Source: Gammaproteobacteria bacterium
GTDB taxonomy: Bacteria > Pseudomonadota > Gammaproteobacteria > Acidiferrobacterales > UBA6901
Reading direction: 5' to 3'
Length of the DNA: 64,000 nucleotides
NCBI GenBank assembly: GCA_028068195.1
Contig: JAPTTX010000086.1
Coordinates: 5,407-69,406 of the forward strand
This document shows, piece after piece, positions 39,288-47,533 of the stretch (position 1 is its first letter; the number at the start of each line of letters is the position of its first letter). A model generated the notes under the pieces. It saw nothing but the letters and a program-made list of their open reading frames with translations, had not been told where the DNA came from and made no database searches. The position numbers and the translations under genes were made by a program.

Positions 39288-39772
39288 TTCGGCAGTCTCA
39301 TGGCGCGCGCCTTGGCGGTCTGGCGGCGGCGGAAACCGGCGAGCTTGCCCGCGAGCCGCGCGTCGTGGCGTGCGAGCATGGCCACGGCGAACAGTGCGGC
39401 GTTGGCCGCACCGGCTTCGCCGACGGCGAAGGTTGCGACCGGGATCCCCTTCGGCATCTGCACGATGGACAGCAGCGAATCCAGACCCTTCAGCGTACGC
39501 GAGGTCACGGGCACGCCGAGCACCGGCAACGCGGTCTTCGCTGCGAGCATGCCCGGCAGGTGGGCAGCACCGCCGGCGCCGGCAATGATGCAGTGCAGCC
39601 CGCGGCCGGGCGCGGCCTCTGCGTACTTATAGAGAAGGTCGGGGGTGCGGTGGGCGGACACGACGCGCGCCTCGTACGGCACACCGAAGTCCTTGAGCAC
39701 GGCGACCGCGCGGCGCATGACTTTCCAGTCGCTGCGGCTACCCATCACCACGCCGACAAGAGGAGCTGTCAT
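39284..39772 (-). CDS. purE: 5-(carboxyamino)imidazole ribonucleotide mutase
   Basis: [14 protein letters not shown]...[13 protein letters not shown]...[14 protein letters not shown]. Start moved to 39772. Confidence 0.93.
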   Translation of the reverse strand: MTAPLVGVVMGSRSDWKVMRRAVAVLKDFGVPYEARVVSAHRTPDLLYKYAEAAPGRGLHCIIAGAGGAAHLPGMLAAKTALPVLGVPVTSRTLKGLDSLLSIVQMPKGIPVATFAVGEAGAANAALFAVAMLARHDARLAGKLAGFRRRQTAKARAMRLPK

Positions 39773-39776
39773 CGTA

Positions 39777-40019
39777 TCACTCTGAAAGGGCCGAGAATTT
39801 GGAGTTGCGCACCGGGATGCACCGGCGGTAGTTAGCGACGAAGAAATCCGCCACCGGACGGTCGATACAGAACTTCCAGCCCGGTGGCGCGTGGACCGCG
39901 CGCGCCTCGCCAAGCGGAAAGAAAACATCAATGTTGCCGCGGGACGCATCCCGAGGTGCCGTCACCGCAATGAGCAAAGCCACCCACTCCGCTGATCCAC
40001 GCACGGCGGTACGCGTCAT
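39777..40019 (-). CDS. hypothetical protein (80 aa)
   Basis: ATGA overlap with the upstream ORF (40016-40019). It ends 4 nt before the purE start. No recognisable motif. Confidence 0.4.
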   Translation of the reverse strand: MTRTAVRGSAEWVALLIAVTAPRDASRGNIDVFFPLGEARAVHAPPGWKFCIDRPVADFFVANYRRCIPVRNSKFSALSE

Positions 40020-40534
40020 TCGTCGGCCTCGCTTCCCGGAAACGGCAACAATCGCCCCGCGATCGGGTCCTGAAACAGAGGCGACACCAGGCGATCGGGA
40101 AATCGTCCACGCAGGCGCCGCATTTTGGTCTGCAGCGCCTCCGACGCCGTATTCGCGGCAAACACCGGCGCGAACCGGCCAGGCGCGCTGACCGCGGCAT
40201 TTGGCATGGAATATTCAATCAGCGCCTGCACGATGAAATGTCGCATATCGTCACAGCCGGTGCCATCCGGAACGTCGAACCACAGCATTGTCCAGACATC
40301 CAGGACACCGGCGGACTCGCGCACCGGAAACGTCCGGCGTGCGCCGGCCTGGTCACGACAGATCAGCGCAACAGGACGCTCTTGCGCCATACGCGGTTCG
40401 ATCCATGTCCCAAGCACCTCAGCGTCGTTTTCGTCATGCTTCCGGGAGCGATACTGAATCGCGAGAAGCCCACTCGCCTCACGACAGGCGCGCGGCAGAT
40501 CGCTCATGGCGCGGACCAGCAGCAATGCGCTCAT
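40016..40534 (-). CDS. hypothetical protein (172 aa)
   Basis: Coding-like codon usage and translational coupling to the next ORF. No motif recognised, and no clear SD. Confidence 0.45.
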   Translation of the reverse strand: MSALLLVRAMSDLPRACREASGLLAIQYRSRKHDENDAEVLGTWIEPRMAQERPVALICRDQAGARRTFPVRESAGVLDVWTMLWFDVPDGTGCDDMRHFIVQALIEYSMPNAAVSAPGRFAPVFAANTASEALQTKMRRLRGRFPDRLVSPLFQDPIAGRLLPFPGSEADE

Positions 40535-40628
40535 AGGATTGCGATGCCAATGATTCCGTTAGCGCCGCCGCGCCCGTCACAGCGCTGCACCATGGCCACC
40601 GCGACGTTCACGTGCGGCCTGGCGCCCG

Positions 40629-41777
40629 TCACGGCACCTCCTCGAAGTCAAGACTCAGCCCGTCGGGAGCTAACAGGCGGAAACGACCGTCGGCGAACGC
40701 GACGTGGCCGGTATGATCACGGTAGCTTTCGATGACGGCCGGATGGGCGAAGCGCACCAGCCAGCAGTAGCGGTAACCGGCATCCGGGCACAAGGCGCGC
40801 CCGGTAAACACGGCACGCACGCCCGGGATCGCGCCGAGGATCCGGCGGCCGTCGGCCATCATGGCCCGCGCCGCACGCTCGCCTTCGTCCCCGCCGGGCG
40901 CGACGTTATACACGATGCAATGCTCCACCGGCCTCCATGGCCGGCAGTGCGCCTGCGCCTCTGGTGCGCGCCCGGCCGAACCCGACAGCCGCAGACAGCG
41001 CTCGACTTCCGCGCCAAGCGCCTGTTGCACGCCCTTCATCAGGCGCAGATAGCCGTTGCGCGGAGTGGCGCGCACGTTGCGCCGCAGGCACCCGCCGGCT
41101 GCGCGCGACAGACCGGCGTAGTGGTGGATCTTTGCGACACCGCGCTCGATCAGCCGCTGATACTCGGCGTCGGTGAAGTCCCGGACGGCGTCCACGGCCA
41201 GCGGTAGCGCCGTCGCGCCGCGAATGTCTTCGAGCCGTGCGAAATCCAGTCTCGCCAGCGGAACCGGCGAGGCATCGGCCACCGCCAGGACATCAATACC
41301 GGTATGCTCGACGTACCGGCGGACGACGTCGAGCGAGGCGGGCGACTCGCCCGGAAGGTGCGCGATGGCGTTCAATCCGCCCTCTACCGGCACGCCGCAG
41401 CCATGCGCCATTTCGACCACCGTGCGGATTCGGGCGATATGTTCCTCGGGTGTGCGCCCTGCTCCATTCAGCGCGACGCCGTTGCACCCGAGACCGATCG
41501 CGCGCACCGCGGCGGCGACCGAGGCCACGCGGGTGAATTGAATCGCCACCGGAACCGAGGTGCGGCGCGCCGCTGCTTCAACCGCCGGCAAAAAATGTTC
41601 GGCGGCGAGATGGTCGAGGTGCGGTTCCGCAACGCCGAGGATCGCCGGCGCCCGGCAGTTCTCGGCGGCGGTTACCGCCGCGGCCAGGAAATCGAGGCCC
41701 GCCAGGTCGAAGGAACACACAGCGTAGCCGCGGCTGCCGGCATGTTCGAGCAGGTTTCTCGCATCAACGAGCGGCAT
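40629..41777 (-). CDS. class II ketose-bisphosphate aldolase-like domain (metal and catalytic residues apparently replaced) fused to a C-terminal Dabb (stress-responsive alpha/beta barrel) domain
   Basis: The N-terminal roughly 280 aa are collinear with class II FBA/GatY (MPLVDARNLLEHAGSRGYAVCSFDLAGLDF...APAILGV). However, VPVAIHLDH is VPVAIQFTR, the VHG position is ADASP and the LHGG position is AVDAV. The C-terminal roughly 95 aa (HCIVYNV...YCWLVRFAHPAVIESYRDHTGHVAF) looks like a Dabb domain. Confidence 0.7.
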   Translation of the reverse strand: MPLVDARNLLEHAGSRGYAVCSFDLAGLDFLAAAVTAAENCRAPAILGVAEPHLDHLAAEHFLPAVEAAARRTSVPVAIQFTRVASVAAAVRAIGLGCNGVALNGAGRTPEEHIARIRTVVEMAHGCGVPVEGGLNAIAHLPGESPASLDVVRRYVEHTGIDVLAVADASPVPLARLDFARLEDIRGATALPLAVDAVRDFTDAEYQRLIERGVAKIHHYAGLSRAAGGCLRRNVRATPRNGYLRLMKGVQQALGAEVERCLRLSGSAGRAPEAQAHCRPWRPVEHCIVYNVAPGGDEGERAARAMMADGRRILGAIPGVRAVFTGRALCPDAGYRYCWLVRFAHPAVIESYRDHTGHVAFADGRFRLLAPDGLSLDFEEVP

Positions 41778-42333
41778 TGGCGGTGCGCTTCCTGTCTAAT
41801 TGACAGCGTGACACTGCTGCGCCGGTGGCAAGGGATCGTTCGCCGCGCCGGCCACCTGGCAAGCCGGCCTCCTGCAACACGAAGCTCCTGAACACCCCGG
41901 TCGCGCAGGAAAGGCATTTCTCCAGCCGATGAATGCGGAGCAAGCCATCTCGAATCCCCTTGAGTCGGTCGAGTGCGGTCGCGACTGCGGCCGGCTGGCG
42001 GCTGATTTCCGGGCAGCTGTGCAGCAGCCCGCGGCTCGCCGCCGCGAGGCAGAGGCGCTTGCCGATCGGCTCGAACAACGCCACACCGAGCTGGTGCGTA
42101 TAACGCCTTCGGGACACGACGCGAGGGGGGCGTCGGCCGCTGGCGCGTCCGGCGCGGATTGCCGCGCCGGCTCCGCCACGCACCAGCACCGTAACGCAGC
42201 GGCCACCGACGAGGTACCGGCCGTTCAATCGCACCTCCACGGCATTGGTCATGGCGTTGGCGCCTTCAAACACCGGCACCAGGCCGCGGGTCTGGATCAT
42301 GTCCAATGCAATGCCCATTTTCTCGCGTGCCAT
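41764..42333 (-). CDS. divergent CsoS1-like BMC-H domain protein with a roughly 110-aa non-BMC C-terminal extension (possibly a decaying paralog)
   Basis: MAREKMGIALDMIQTRGLVPVFEGANAMTNAVEVRLNGRYLVGGRCVTVLVRG compares with CsoS1 MANEKMGIALGMIETRGLVPAIEAADAMTKASEVRLIGRQFVGGGYVTVLVRG. The edge Lys and Asp are replaced and similarity fades after about residue 75. Overlaps the next gene by 14 nt. Confidence 0.55.
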   Translation of the reverse strand: MAREKMGIALDMIQTRGLVPVFEGANAMTNAVEVRLNGRYLVGGRCVTVLVRGGAGAAIRAGRASGRRPPRVVSRRRYTHQLGVALFEPIGKRLCLAAASRGLLHSCPEISRQPAAVATALDRLKGIRDGLLRIHRLEKCLSCATGVFRSFVLQEAGLPGGRRGERSLATGAAVSRCQLDRKRTANAAR

Positions 42334-42458
42334 ACCCGACTTCCGTTCTGTCACATTGAAATCAATACTCGCTGCCCCACGCGTGGCACCCAAACTCCAC
42401 TCCGTCTCCGGCCAGAGATCGGTAATCCCGCCGAGGGTGAGCAGGATGCGCAATCTAT

Positions 42459-42662
42459 CTACCGTTCCTCAGGCGGCAACGCCATTTTTCCCAGTTGGGC
42501 AAGGGCAGCGCGTCGTTCGCGCGCTTGGCGCCGAACGACGCCGATCATGGGTTTCAGTTCCTGCGCCGCGGCGAGAGCATCTTCGACGGTGGGGGCTTTA
42601 TTCGCCTGACCGGGGGCCGAAGGGAACTGGGGTTTGTGCGCCGAATCGCGTTCATCAGCCAT
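42459..42662 (-). CDS. small hypothetical protein (67 aa; disordered N-terminus, amphipathic helical C-terminus)
   Basis: GAGGA lies 7 nt upstream of ATG 42662. No homology recognised. Confidence 0.4.
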   Translation of the reverse strand: MADERDSAHKPQFPSAPGQANKAPTVEDALAAAQELKPMIGVVRRQARERRAALAQLGKMALPPEER

Positions 42663-42865
42663 ATGGATTCCTCGCTTCTTCCGTAGGGAGCACGCATCGC
42701 GGAAACGCTTTAAGGCGAATCCGTACCTCTAAACATCCAGTGTCACCAACAATTCCCGCCTCATGGCCGCCGAGTCCTTCTCATGACAACAGTCCGCGCA
42801 TTCCAGAAAAAACTTGCCGTCGCAAACCTGTCCGGCCCTCCGATGCGTCGCTCCAGTCTCCTTCC

Positions 42866-43831
42866 TCATGCAGCGTGCCGGCCAGGTTGCCAGACCTCGC
42901 TCTGCAGGGCGATGCCATGGGCGCCGTGGCGCATGGCCTCCTCCAGCAGATCCAAGCGCATTCCGCCAAGGGCGTACACGGGTACCGGGCAGTCGCGGGT
43001 CATTGCGGCAAATCGGTCCCAGCCCAGACCGGGACGGCCCGGGTGGCTGGCAGTGGGCAAAACCTGGGAGACCACGACGAAATTCGCGCGCAGGCGCACC
43101 GCCTGCGCCAACTCTTCGGGACGGTGGCACGAGGCCGCCCAGAATCCGGTCGCCGGCGGTGCGGACAGGCGCACCAGCTGCTCCGCCTGCAGATGCACCC
43201 CGTCGGCATCCGCACGCACAGCCGCGGCAAGGTCACCATTCACCAGCACCCGCGCGTGGTAGCGACGGGCGAGCGCCGTGACACGACGCGCGAACTGCGC
43301 GAGCTGCGCGGTCGTCATCCAGGGCTCGCGCACCTGCACCAGCCGCACGCCGGCTTCGAGCGCGGCCGCGAGTCGCGGCATGAAGGCGGACACGCCGTAC
43401 TTGCGGGCGTGGGTGACGGCATACACCAGCGGCAGGTTGAGCGCATGCAACACGTGACCGTTGGCCGGAAGCAACGGTGCCACGGTGACGGCCGCCGGAT
43501 CCTCCCAGGTGATGCGCTGGCCTTCGCGGCCGTGCGGCGTGCCGCGCCATGACAGCACCCGAAATACGTGCAGTCGCACGACCTTGTCGTCATAGCCATG
43601 GTCAAAGGTCATCCACGGGTAGGCGGTCTCGAGCTCGATCCCGACCTCCTCATGCAGTTCACGCGCGAGCGCACGCCGGGCGTCTTCGGCGATCTCGAAT
43701 TTGCCGCCGGGAAATTCCCAGAAGCCGCCCGAAACTTTTCCCTTCGGACGCTCGGCAAACAGGACGCGGCCGTCGGATCGCTGCACCACGGCGACCGCCA
43801 CGTTGATGACGGGAAGCGACGACGCCGTCAT
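42866..43831 (-). CDS. bifunctional Nudix (MutT-like) hydrolase / ThiE-TenI-like domain protein
   Basis: Nudix box GGFWEFPGGKFEIAEDARRALARELHEEVGI. The C-terminal half is a thiamine-phosphate-synthase-like TIM barrel (VQVREPW...GVHL...YALGG). Start 43831 overlaps the LysR stop (ATGA). Confidence 0.82.
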   Translation of the reverse strand: MTASSLPVINVAVAVVQRSDGRVLFAERPKGKVSGGFWEFPGGKFEIAEDARRALARELHEEVGIELETAYPWMTFDHGYDDKVVRLHVFRVLSWRGTPHGREGQRITWEDPAAVTVAPLLPANGHVLHALNLPLVYAVTHARKYGVSAFMPRLAAALEAGVRLVQVREPWMTTAQLAQFARRVTALARRYHARVLVNGDLAAAVRADADGVHLQAEQLVRLSAPPATGFWAASCHRPEELAQAVRLRANFVVVSQVLPTASHPGRPGLGWDRFAAMTRDCPVPVYALGGMRLDLLEEAMRHGAHGIALQSEVWQPGRHAA

Positions 43832-44856
43832 GCGCGCCGGCTCCCGCCGCGCGCCGGTCCCGAAGGCGTCTCCGCGTCCGGAGGGATCGGGCAGGCGCGC
43901 TCCTGCTGCCGGGTAAGACACTCAATGTCGCGCGGCAGCCTGCGCTGCGCACAAGTCTCCAGACAGTGCCGCGCCTTGTCGAGCACGAAGTCCTTGAACG
44001 CCTCGGCGACGGCGGAAAACCGCTTTTCCCGGCGATGCACCAAGTACCAGGCATGTTGCAGGGTCGGCGTATCGAGATCGAGCACGACCAGGCGACCGAC
44101 CTCGAGTTCCAGGGTCACGCTCTGGGTAGGCACGATCGCCAGGCCGATGCCGGCCTGCACGCTCTGCTTGATGGCTTCGTTGCTGTTGATGATCATGGTA
44201 GTACGCGGCTCGAAACCCTGCCCCCGGAAGAAGTCATCGACCACTTCGCGCGTGTCCGAGCCGGGCTCGCGCATCAGAAATCGTTCCGGCTTGAGGCGCG
44301 CCAGCGACAGCTTGCGCTCGCCGGCGAGCGGGTGTCCGGGCGGCGCGATCACGACCAGCGGGTCTTCCAGGAACGGATACGCCACCATGTCGTCGTCCTG
44401 CGGCGGTGACCCCGCCACCGCCATATCGCGTTGGTTGTTTTCGAGTTGATCTAGCAGCCCGTCACGGCCCGTGATATGCAGGTCGATCACGACTTCCGGG
44501 TGATTCAGCGTGAAGGCCGCGAGCAGGCGGGGCATGAAATATTTGGCGGTGGTACCGATGGCCAGGCGCAGTTGCCCGCCGTGTGCGCCCTTCAGGCGGT
44601 CCAGCACGGTATCCGCCTCAGCAAGCTGGCGGTCGATCGCGCAGCCGTAGCGGTACAGCTCATGGCCCGCTTCGGTGAGGAACGTGCGCTTCCCGACTTG
44701 CTCGAACAGGGCGATGCCAAGATTCTCTTCAAGCTGCCGGATCTGCATGGAGACAGACGGCTGCGTCATGCCGAGCTCCTGGGCCGCGCGCGTGAAGTGC
44801 AGATGACGCGCGGCGGTCAGAAACACGGTGAGCTGGCGGAGAGTGGTGTTTTTCAT
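43828..44856 (-). CDS. LysR-family transcriptional regulator (CbbR-like paralog at the distal end of the carboxysome operon)
   Basis: MKNTTLRQLTVFLTAARHLHFTRAAQELGMTQPSVSMQIRQLEENLGIALFEQ. Confidence 0.88.
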   Translation of the reverse strand: MKNTTLRQLTVFLTAARHLHFTRAAQELGMTQPSVSMQIRQLEENLGIALFEQVGKRTFLTEAGHELYRYGCAIDRQLAEADTVLDRLKGAHGGQLRLAIGTTAKYFMPRLLAAFTLNHPEVVIDLHITGRDGLLDQLENNQRDMAVAGSPPQDDDMVAYPFLEDPLVVIAPPGHPLAGERKLSLARLKPERFLMREPGSDTREVVDDFFRGQGFEPRTTMIINSNEAIKQSVQAGIGLAIVPTQSVTLELEVGRLVVLDLDTPTLQHAWYLVHRREKRFSAVAEAFKDFVLDKARHCLETCAQRRLPRDIECLTRQQERACPIPPDAETPSGPARGGSRRA

Positions 44857-44897
44857 GTGACGGTCGGCGGCACCGGATAACGTTGGCAAGCCCGCTG

Positions 44898-45110
44898 TCA
44901 GTCGGGCCAGATCCGCATTGGATGAAGAACACCGTGGCTCACGGACGGCTCCTGCGGAGCCGACTGCCCAGCCTGGTCGGAGACAACCGGTGCATTAGGT
45001 ACGGGCGACGACTGGGGCTGCGTCACCTCCGGACGGGCCGCTTCGCCCGGCAGGTTGCCACGCCTCTGTCGCAGACTTTCCGCCAACTTCGATCCGATCT
45101 TCTTGCTCAT
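44898..45110 (-). CDS. mcdB: McdB-like small disordered carboxysome-positioning adaptor
   Basis: 70 aa with a basic N-terminus (MSKKIGSKLAESLRQRRG) and a low-complexity P/Q/S-rich body. The C-terminus ...MRIWPD has Trp in the last 4 residues. ATGA overlap with mcdA. Confidence 0.7.
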   Translation of the reverse strand: MSKKIGSKLAESLRQRRGNLPGEAARPEVTQPQSSPVPNAPVVSDQAGQSAPQEPSVSHGVLHPMRIWPD

Positions 45111-45745
45111 GACGCCAGTATCTCCGCAATCACCGATTCGATTTCTTTCGCGGCGGATTCACCTCGTGGGCCGAGGTCATACACACTGCGCCCCTCGAGT
45201 GCCGCGGTGCGGTAAATCGCCCGACGCGCGAGACCGCTGCGCAGCGCTGGCACCGCAAATTCGCGAAACACTTCTTCCATTCCGCGGGCCATGGCGTTGC
45301 GCTTTTCGATCTGGTTCAGCACCAGAAAGGCGCGCAGTCCGGGGTTGCCCGAGCGCGCCGCCTTCACCATGTCCTCGCTGCGTGTGCTGGCCCACAGATC
45401 CATCGGCGAAGGCAAGACCGGTATCAGCAGACAGTCGACGCAGCCCAGTGCCTGCGCCACGCGCAAAGATTCGGTCGATGGCGGGCAGTCGATCACCAGA
45501 TACTCGTACTCTTCGCGCACGGCCTCCACGACAATATGCACGCCGGAAATCACCTCTATCACTGGCACGACCGGGTTCGACGGCGTCGTCGCGAGTTGCA
45601 CCCAGCTCGAGGCCGATCCCTGCGGGTCGGCATCGAGTACCGCGCATGGCCCGCGGCGCGCGAGCCCGGCGGCAAGATTCATGGCCAAGGTGGTCTTGCC
45701 GACGCCGCCCTTCTGGTTGGCAACCGCGAAGACCCGGCAACTCAT
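45107..45745 (-). CDS. mcdA: ParA-family ATPase, carboxysome-distribution McdA type
   Basis: Walker A motif AVANQKGGVGKTT (the signature Lys position must be confirmed by alignment) and LVIDCPPS. Its position directly after acRAF in a cso operon supports the call. Start at MSCRVFAV (45745). Confidence 0.85.
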   Translation of the reverse strand: MSCRVFAVANQKGGVGKTTLAMNLAAGLARRGPCAVLDADPQGSASSWVQLATTPSNPVVPVIEVISGVHIVVEAVREEYEYLVIDCPPSTESLRVAQALGCVDCLLIPVLPSPMDLWASTRSEDMVKAARSGNPGLRAFLVLNQIEKRNAMARGMEEVFREFAVPALRSGLARRAIYRTAALEGRSVYDLGPRGESAAKEIESVIAEILAS

Positions 45746-46023
45746 GCGCTGCCCGCCGGCAACAGCGTGTTCACTCGGCGTGCGAAGTCGAAATCGTCCG
45801 CCGTCACGGTCTTGCCGTCCCCGGCATGGATGGTGACGTTGGCATAGGTCTTCCCGAAACTGATGTCCGGATAGCAACCGGTCTCCTCGGACAACGCGGC
45901 CAGCCGATCGAGAAAATCCCGCGTTCCGGCGTAGTCATTGAAGGAAAAGCGTCGATACAGGTTGGCCGGGTGCCCGTTGTGAATCCAACCGTCCGCAGTC
46001 TTCGCACTCTTCGCCATGCGCAT
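45742..46023 (-). CDS. pterin-4a-carbinolamine dehydratase-like protein (alpha-carboxysome RuBisCO assembly factor, acRAF type)
   Basis: 93 aa with a PCD/DCoH-like fold signature (LYRRFSFNDYAGTRDFLDRLAALSEETGCYPDISFGKTYANVTI) in the canonical cso-operon position. Confidence 0.8.
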   Translation of the reverse strand: MRMAKSAKTADGWIHNGHPANLYRRFSFNDYAGTRDFLDRLAALSEETGCYPDISFGKTYANVTIHAGDGKTVTADDFDFARRVNTLLPAGSA

Positions 46024-46050
46024 CTCCGTCAGAAGGCCAACGATTCCCGC

Positions 46051-46494
46051 CTAATGCCTCATCTCCGCACCGTGCAGCCGCAGCCGGCGATCCAATTCCT
46101 GGTAGTGCTTCACCTCATCGCCATGAATGCGCGCGAACAGCGCGGCGTTCCCGGCATCCGCCATGCGCTCACAGAACCGCAGCGCCTCCGAGTAGAGCCG
46201 CATGGCGTCGGCTTCCGTCGCCAGACCGAAGCGCAGCAGCTCCACCAGCGTGCGCCCGACCGGACGCGCGACCGCTTGCACGGACGGCGATCCGGCGCCG
46301 AGCTCGTGCAGCCGGCGGCAAAACGCTTCCGCATGACTCAGTTCATCCAGCGCGCCGGCGCGCAGTTCATCTGCGAGCGATCCGATTCCCAGGCGTTCCG
46401 CCTGCACCGCCTGCAAAGTAAACTGCTGGGCGGCGCTAAACTCATGGCTCACGGCGCGCTGCAGATAGGCAACGATGCGCGGATGCCCGGACAT
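46051..46494 (-). CDS. ferritin-like / bacterioferritin-like domain protein of the cso operon
   Basis: Four-helix ferritin-like pattern (LQRAVSHEFSAAQQF...ELSHAEAF...EADAMRLY...GDEVKHYQEL). Confidence 0.78.
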   Translation of the reverse strand: MSGHPRIVAYLQRAVSHEFSAAQQFTLQAVQAERLGIGSLADELRAGALDELSHAEAFCRRLHELGAGSPSVQAVARPVGRTLVELLRFGLATEADAMRLYSEALRFCERMADAGNAALFARIHGDEVKHYQELDRRLRLHGAEMRH

Positions 46495-46527
46495 GTCCTT
46501 TACCCGGCCAAGCAGCGTTGTTCTGGC

Positions 46528-46863
46528 CTACGACTTGCTGACGTCACTGTCGCGACCGCCCGAGCTACTATCCGGACGCGCCGGCAGAACCCCTTCCACT
46601 TCCGCATGCGGACGCGCGATGATGTGCGCAGCCGCCAGTCCATCTCCCACGCGCTCGCAGGCGTCGGCGCCGGCACGCACCGCTGCGTTCACTGCACCGG
46701 TTTCACCGCGCACCAGCACGGTGACATAGCCCCCGCCGACGAACTGCCGGCCAATCAGGCGCACTTCCGAAGCCTTGGTCATGGCGTCGGCGGCTTCAAT
46801 CGCCGGAACCAGACCGCGGGTCTCGATCATGCCCAGTGCAATACCCATCTTTTCGTTTGCCAT
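46528..46863 (-). CDS. csoS1: carboxysome shell hexamer CsoS1 (BMC-H) with a short C-terminal tail
   Basis: MANEKMGIALGMIETRGLVPAIEAADAMTKASEVRLIGRQFVGGGYVTVLVRGETGAVNAAVRAG... AGGAG lies 8 nt before ATG 46863. Confidence 0.95.
   Translation of the reverse strand: MANEKMGIALGMIETRGLVPAIEAADAMTKASEVRLIGRQFVGGGYVTVLVRGETGAVNAAVRAGADACERVGDGLAAAHIIARPHAEVEGVLPARPDSSSGGRDSDVSKS
46592..46862. repeat. 271-nt perfect direct repeat, copy 1 (csoS1 coding sequence)
   Basis: Read by eye as identical to 46939-47209 (offset 347 nt). Confidence 0.85.
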
Positions 46864-46910
46864 CGTCATAACTCCTGAAATAATAAGGATTGATTGTTTG
46901 GTTGCCGACC

Positions 46911-47210
46911 TTACATCGTCGGGTTGATCGGCAAGATGCCTTCCACTTCCGCATGCGGACGCGCGATGATGTGCGCAGCCGCCAGTCCATCTCCCACGCG
47001 CTCGCAGGCGTCGGCGCCGGCACGCACCGCTGCGTTCACTGCACCGGTTTCACCGCGCACCAGCACGGTGACATAGCCCCCGCCGACGAACTGCCGGCCA
47101 ATCAGGCGCACTTCCGAAGCCTTGGTCATGGCGTCGGCGGCTTCAATCGCCGGAACCAGACCGCGGGTCTCGATCATGCCCAGTGCAATACCCATCTTTT
47201 CGTTTGCCAC
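46911..47210 (-). CDS. csoS1: carboxysome shell hexamer CsoS1 (BMC-H)
   Basis: Identical to the other copy for the first 93 residues. GTG start (47208-47210) preceded by AGGAGA. Confidence 0.95.
   Translation of the reverse strand: MANEKMGIALGMIETRGLVPAIEAADAMTKASEVRLIGRQFVGGGYVTVLVRGETGAVNAAVRAGADACERVGDGLAAAHIIARPHAEVEGILPINPTM
46939..47209. repeat. 271-nt perfect direct repeat, copy 2 (csoS1 coding sequence)
   Basis: Identical to 46592-46862. Confidence 0.85.
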
Positions 47211-47272
47211 GTTCAGTCTCCTGTCGTCTCAATAGTTTAAAATCAACCAAACCGCTCTCCGGCCTGTCGGGG

Positions 47273-47533
47273 TCAAGAGCACCACTCCTTCTCGCTCCAG
47301 TGATCGATGATCCCGCCAATCGTCATGTCCGTCGTGATGTTAGGGTTGCCCGCCGCGATTCGTGCCGCCGAGATTCCGATCGTGATCACGAAATCTCCCG
47401 GCTTGCAGCCGATCGGATCGAGCGCTACCTGAAGATTCCCCTGATGATCTTCGACCACACGCAGCGACTTGGCGGCGAGCCAGAAGTTGCGCTTCGTCGT
47501 AACCAAATCCCGGACGACACGCATGATTTCCAT
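47273..47533 (-). CDS. csoS4B: carboxysome vertex pentamer CsoS4B (EutN/CcmL family)
   Basis: MEIMRVVRDLVTTKR...DPIGCKPGDFVITIGISAAR...TIGGIIDHW. Confidence 0.92.
   Translation of the reverse strand: MEIMRVVRDLVTTKRNFWLAAKSLRVVEDHQGNLQVALDPIGCKPGDFVITIGISAARIAAGNPNITTDMTIGGIIDHWSEKEWCS

Noticed and set aside
41796-42206. Alternative frame (136 aa) within the BMC-like gene, considered as the continuation of a frameshifted csoS1
   Set aside because: A GCCGACGCC nucleotide match to csoS1 hinted at a frameshift. However, the alternative frame shows no CsoS1-like sequence after ADA, while the annotated frame keeps weak similarity (AIRAG...). The question is left open as a pseudogene possibility in the finding.
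42245-43552. 435-aa plus-strand ORF, and the 226-aa ORF 41929-42609
   Set aside because: They are antisense to the Nudix/ThiE-like gene and the BMC-like gene, with low-complexity Arg/Pro-rich translations.
45055-46878. 607-aa plus-strand ORF spanning mcdA, acRAF, the ferritin-like gene and csoS1
   Set aside because: It is antisense shadow ORF of well-supported minus-strand genes in a high-GC genome. Its composition is Arg/Pro/Ala-rich low complexity with no motifs.
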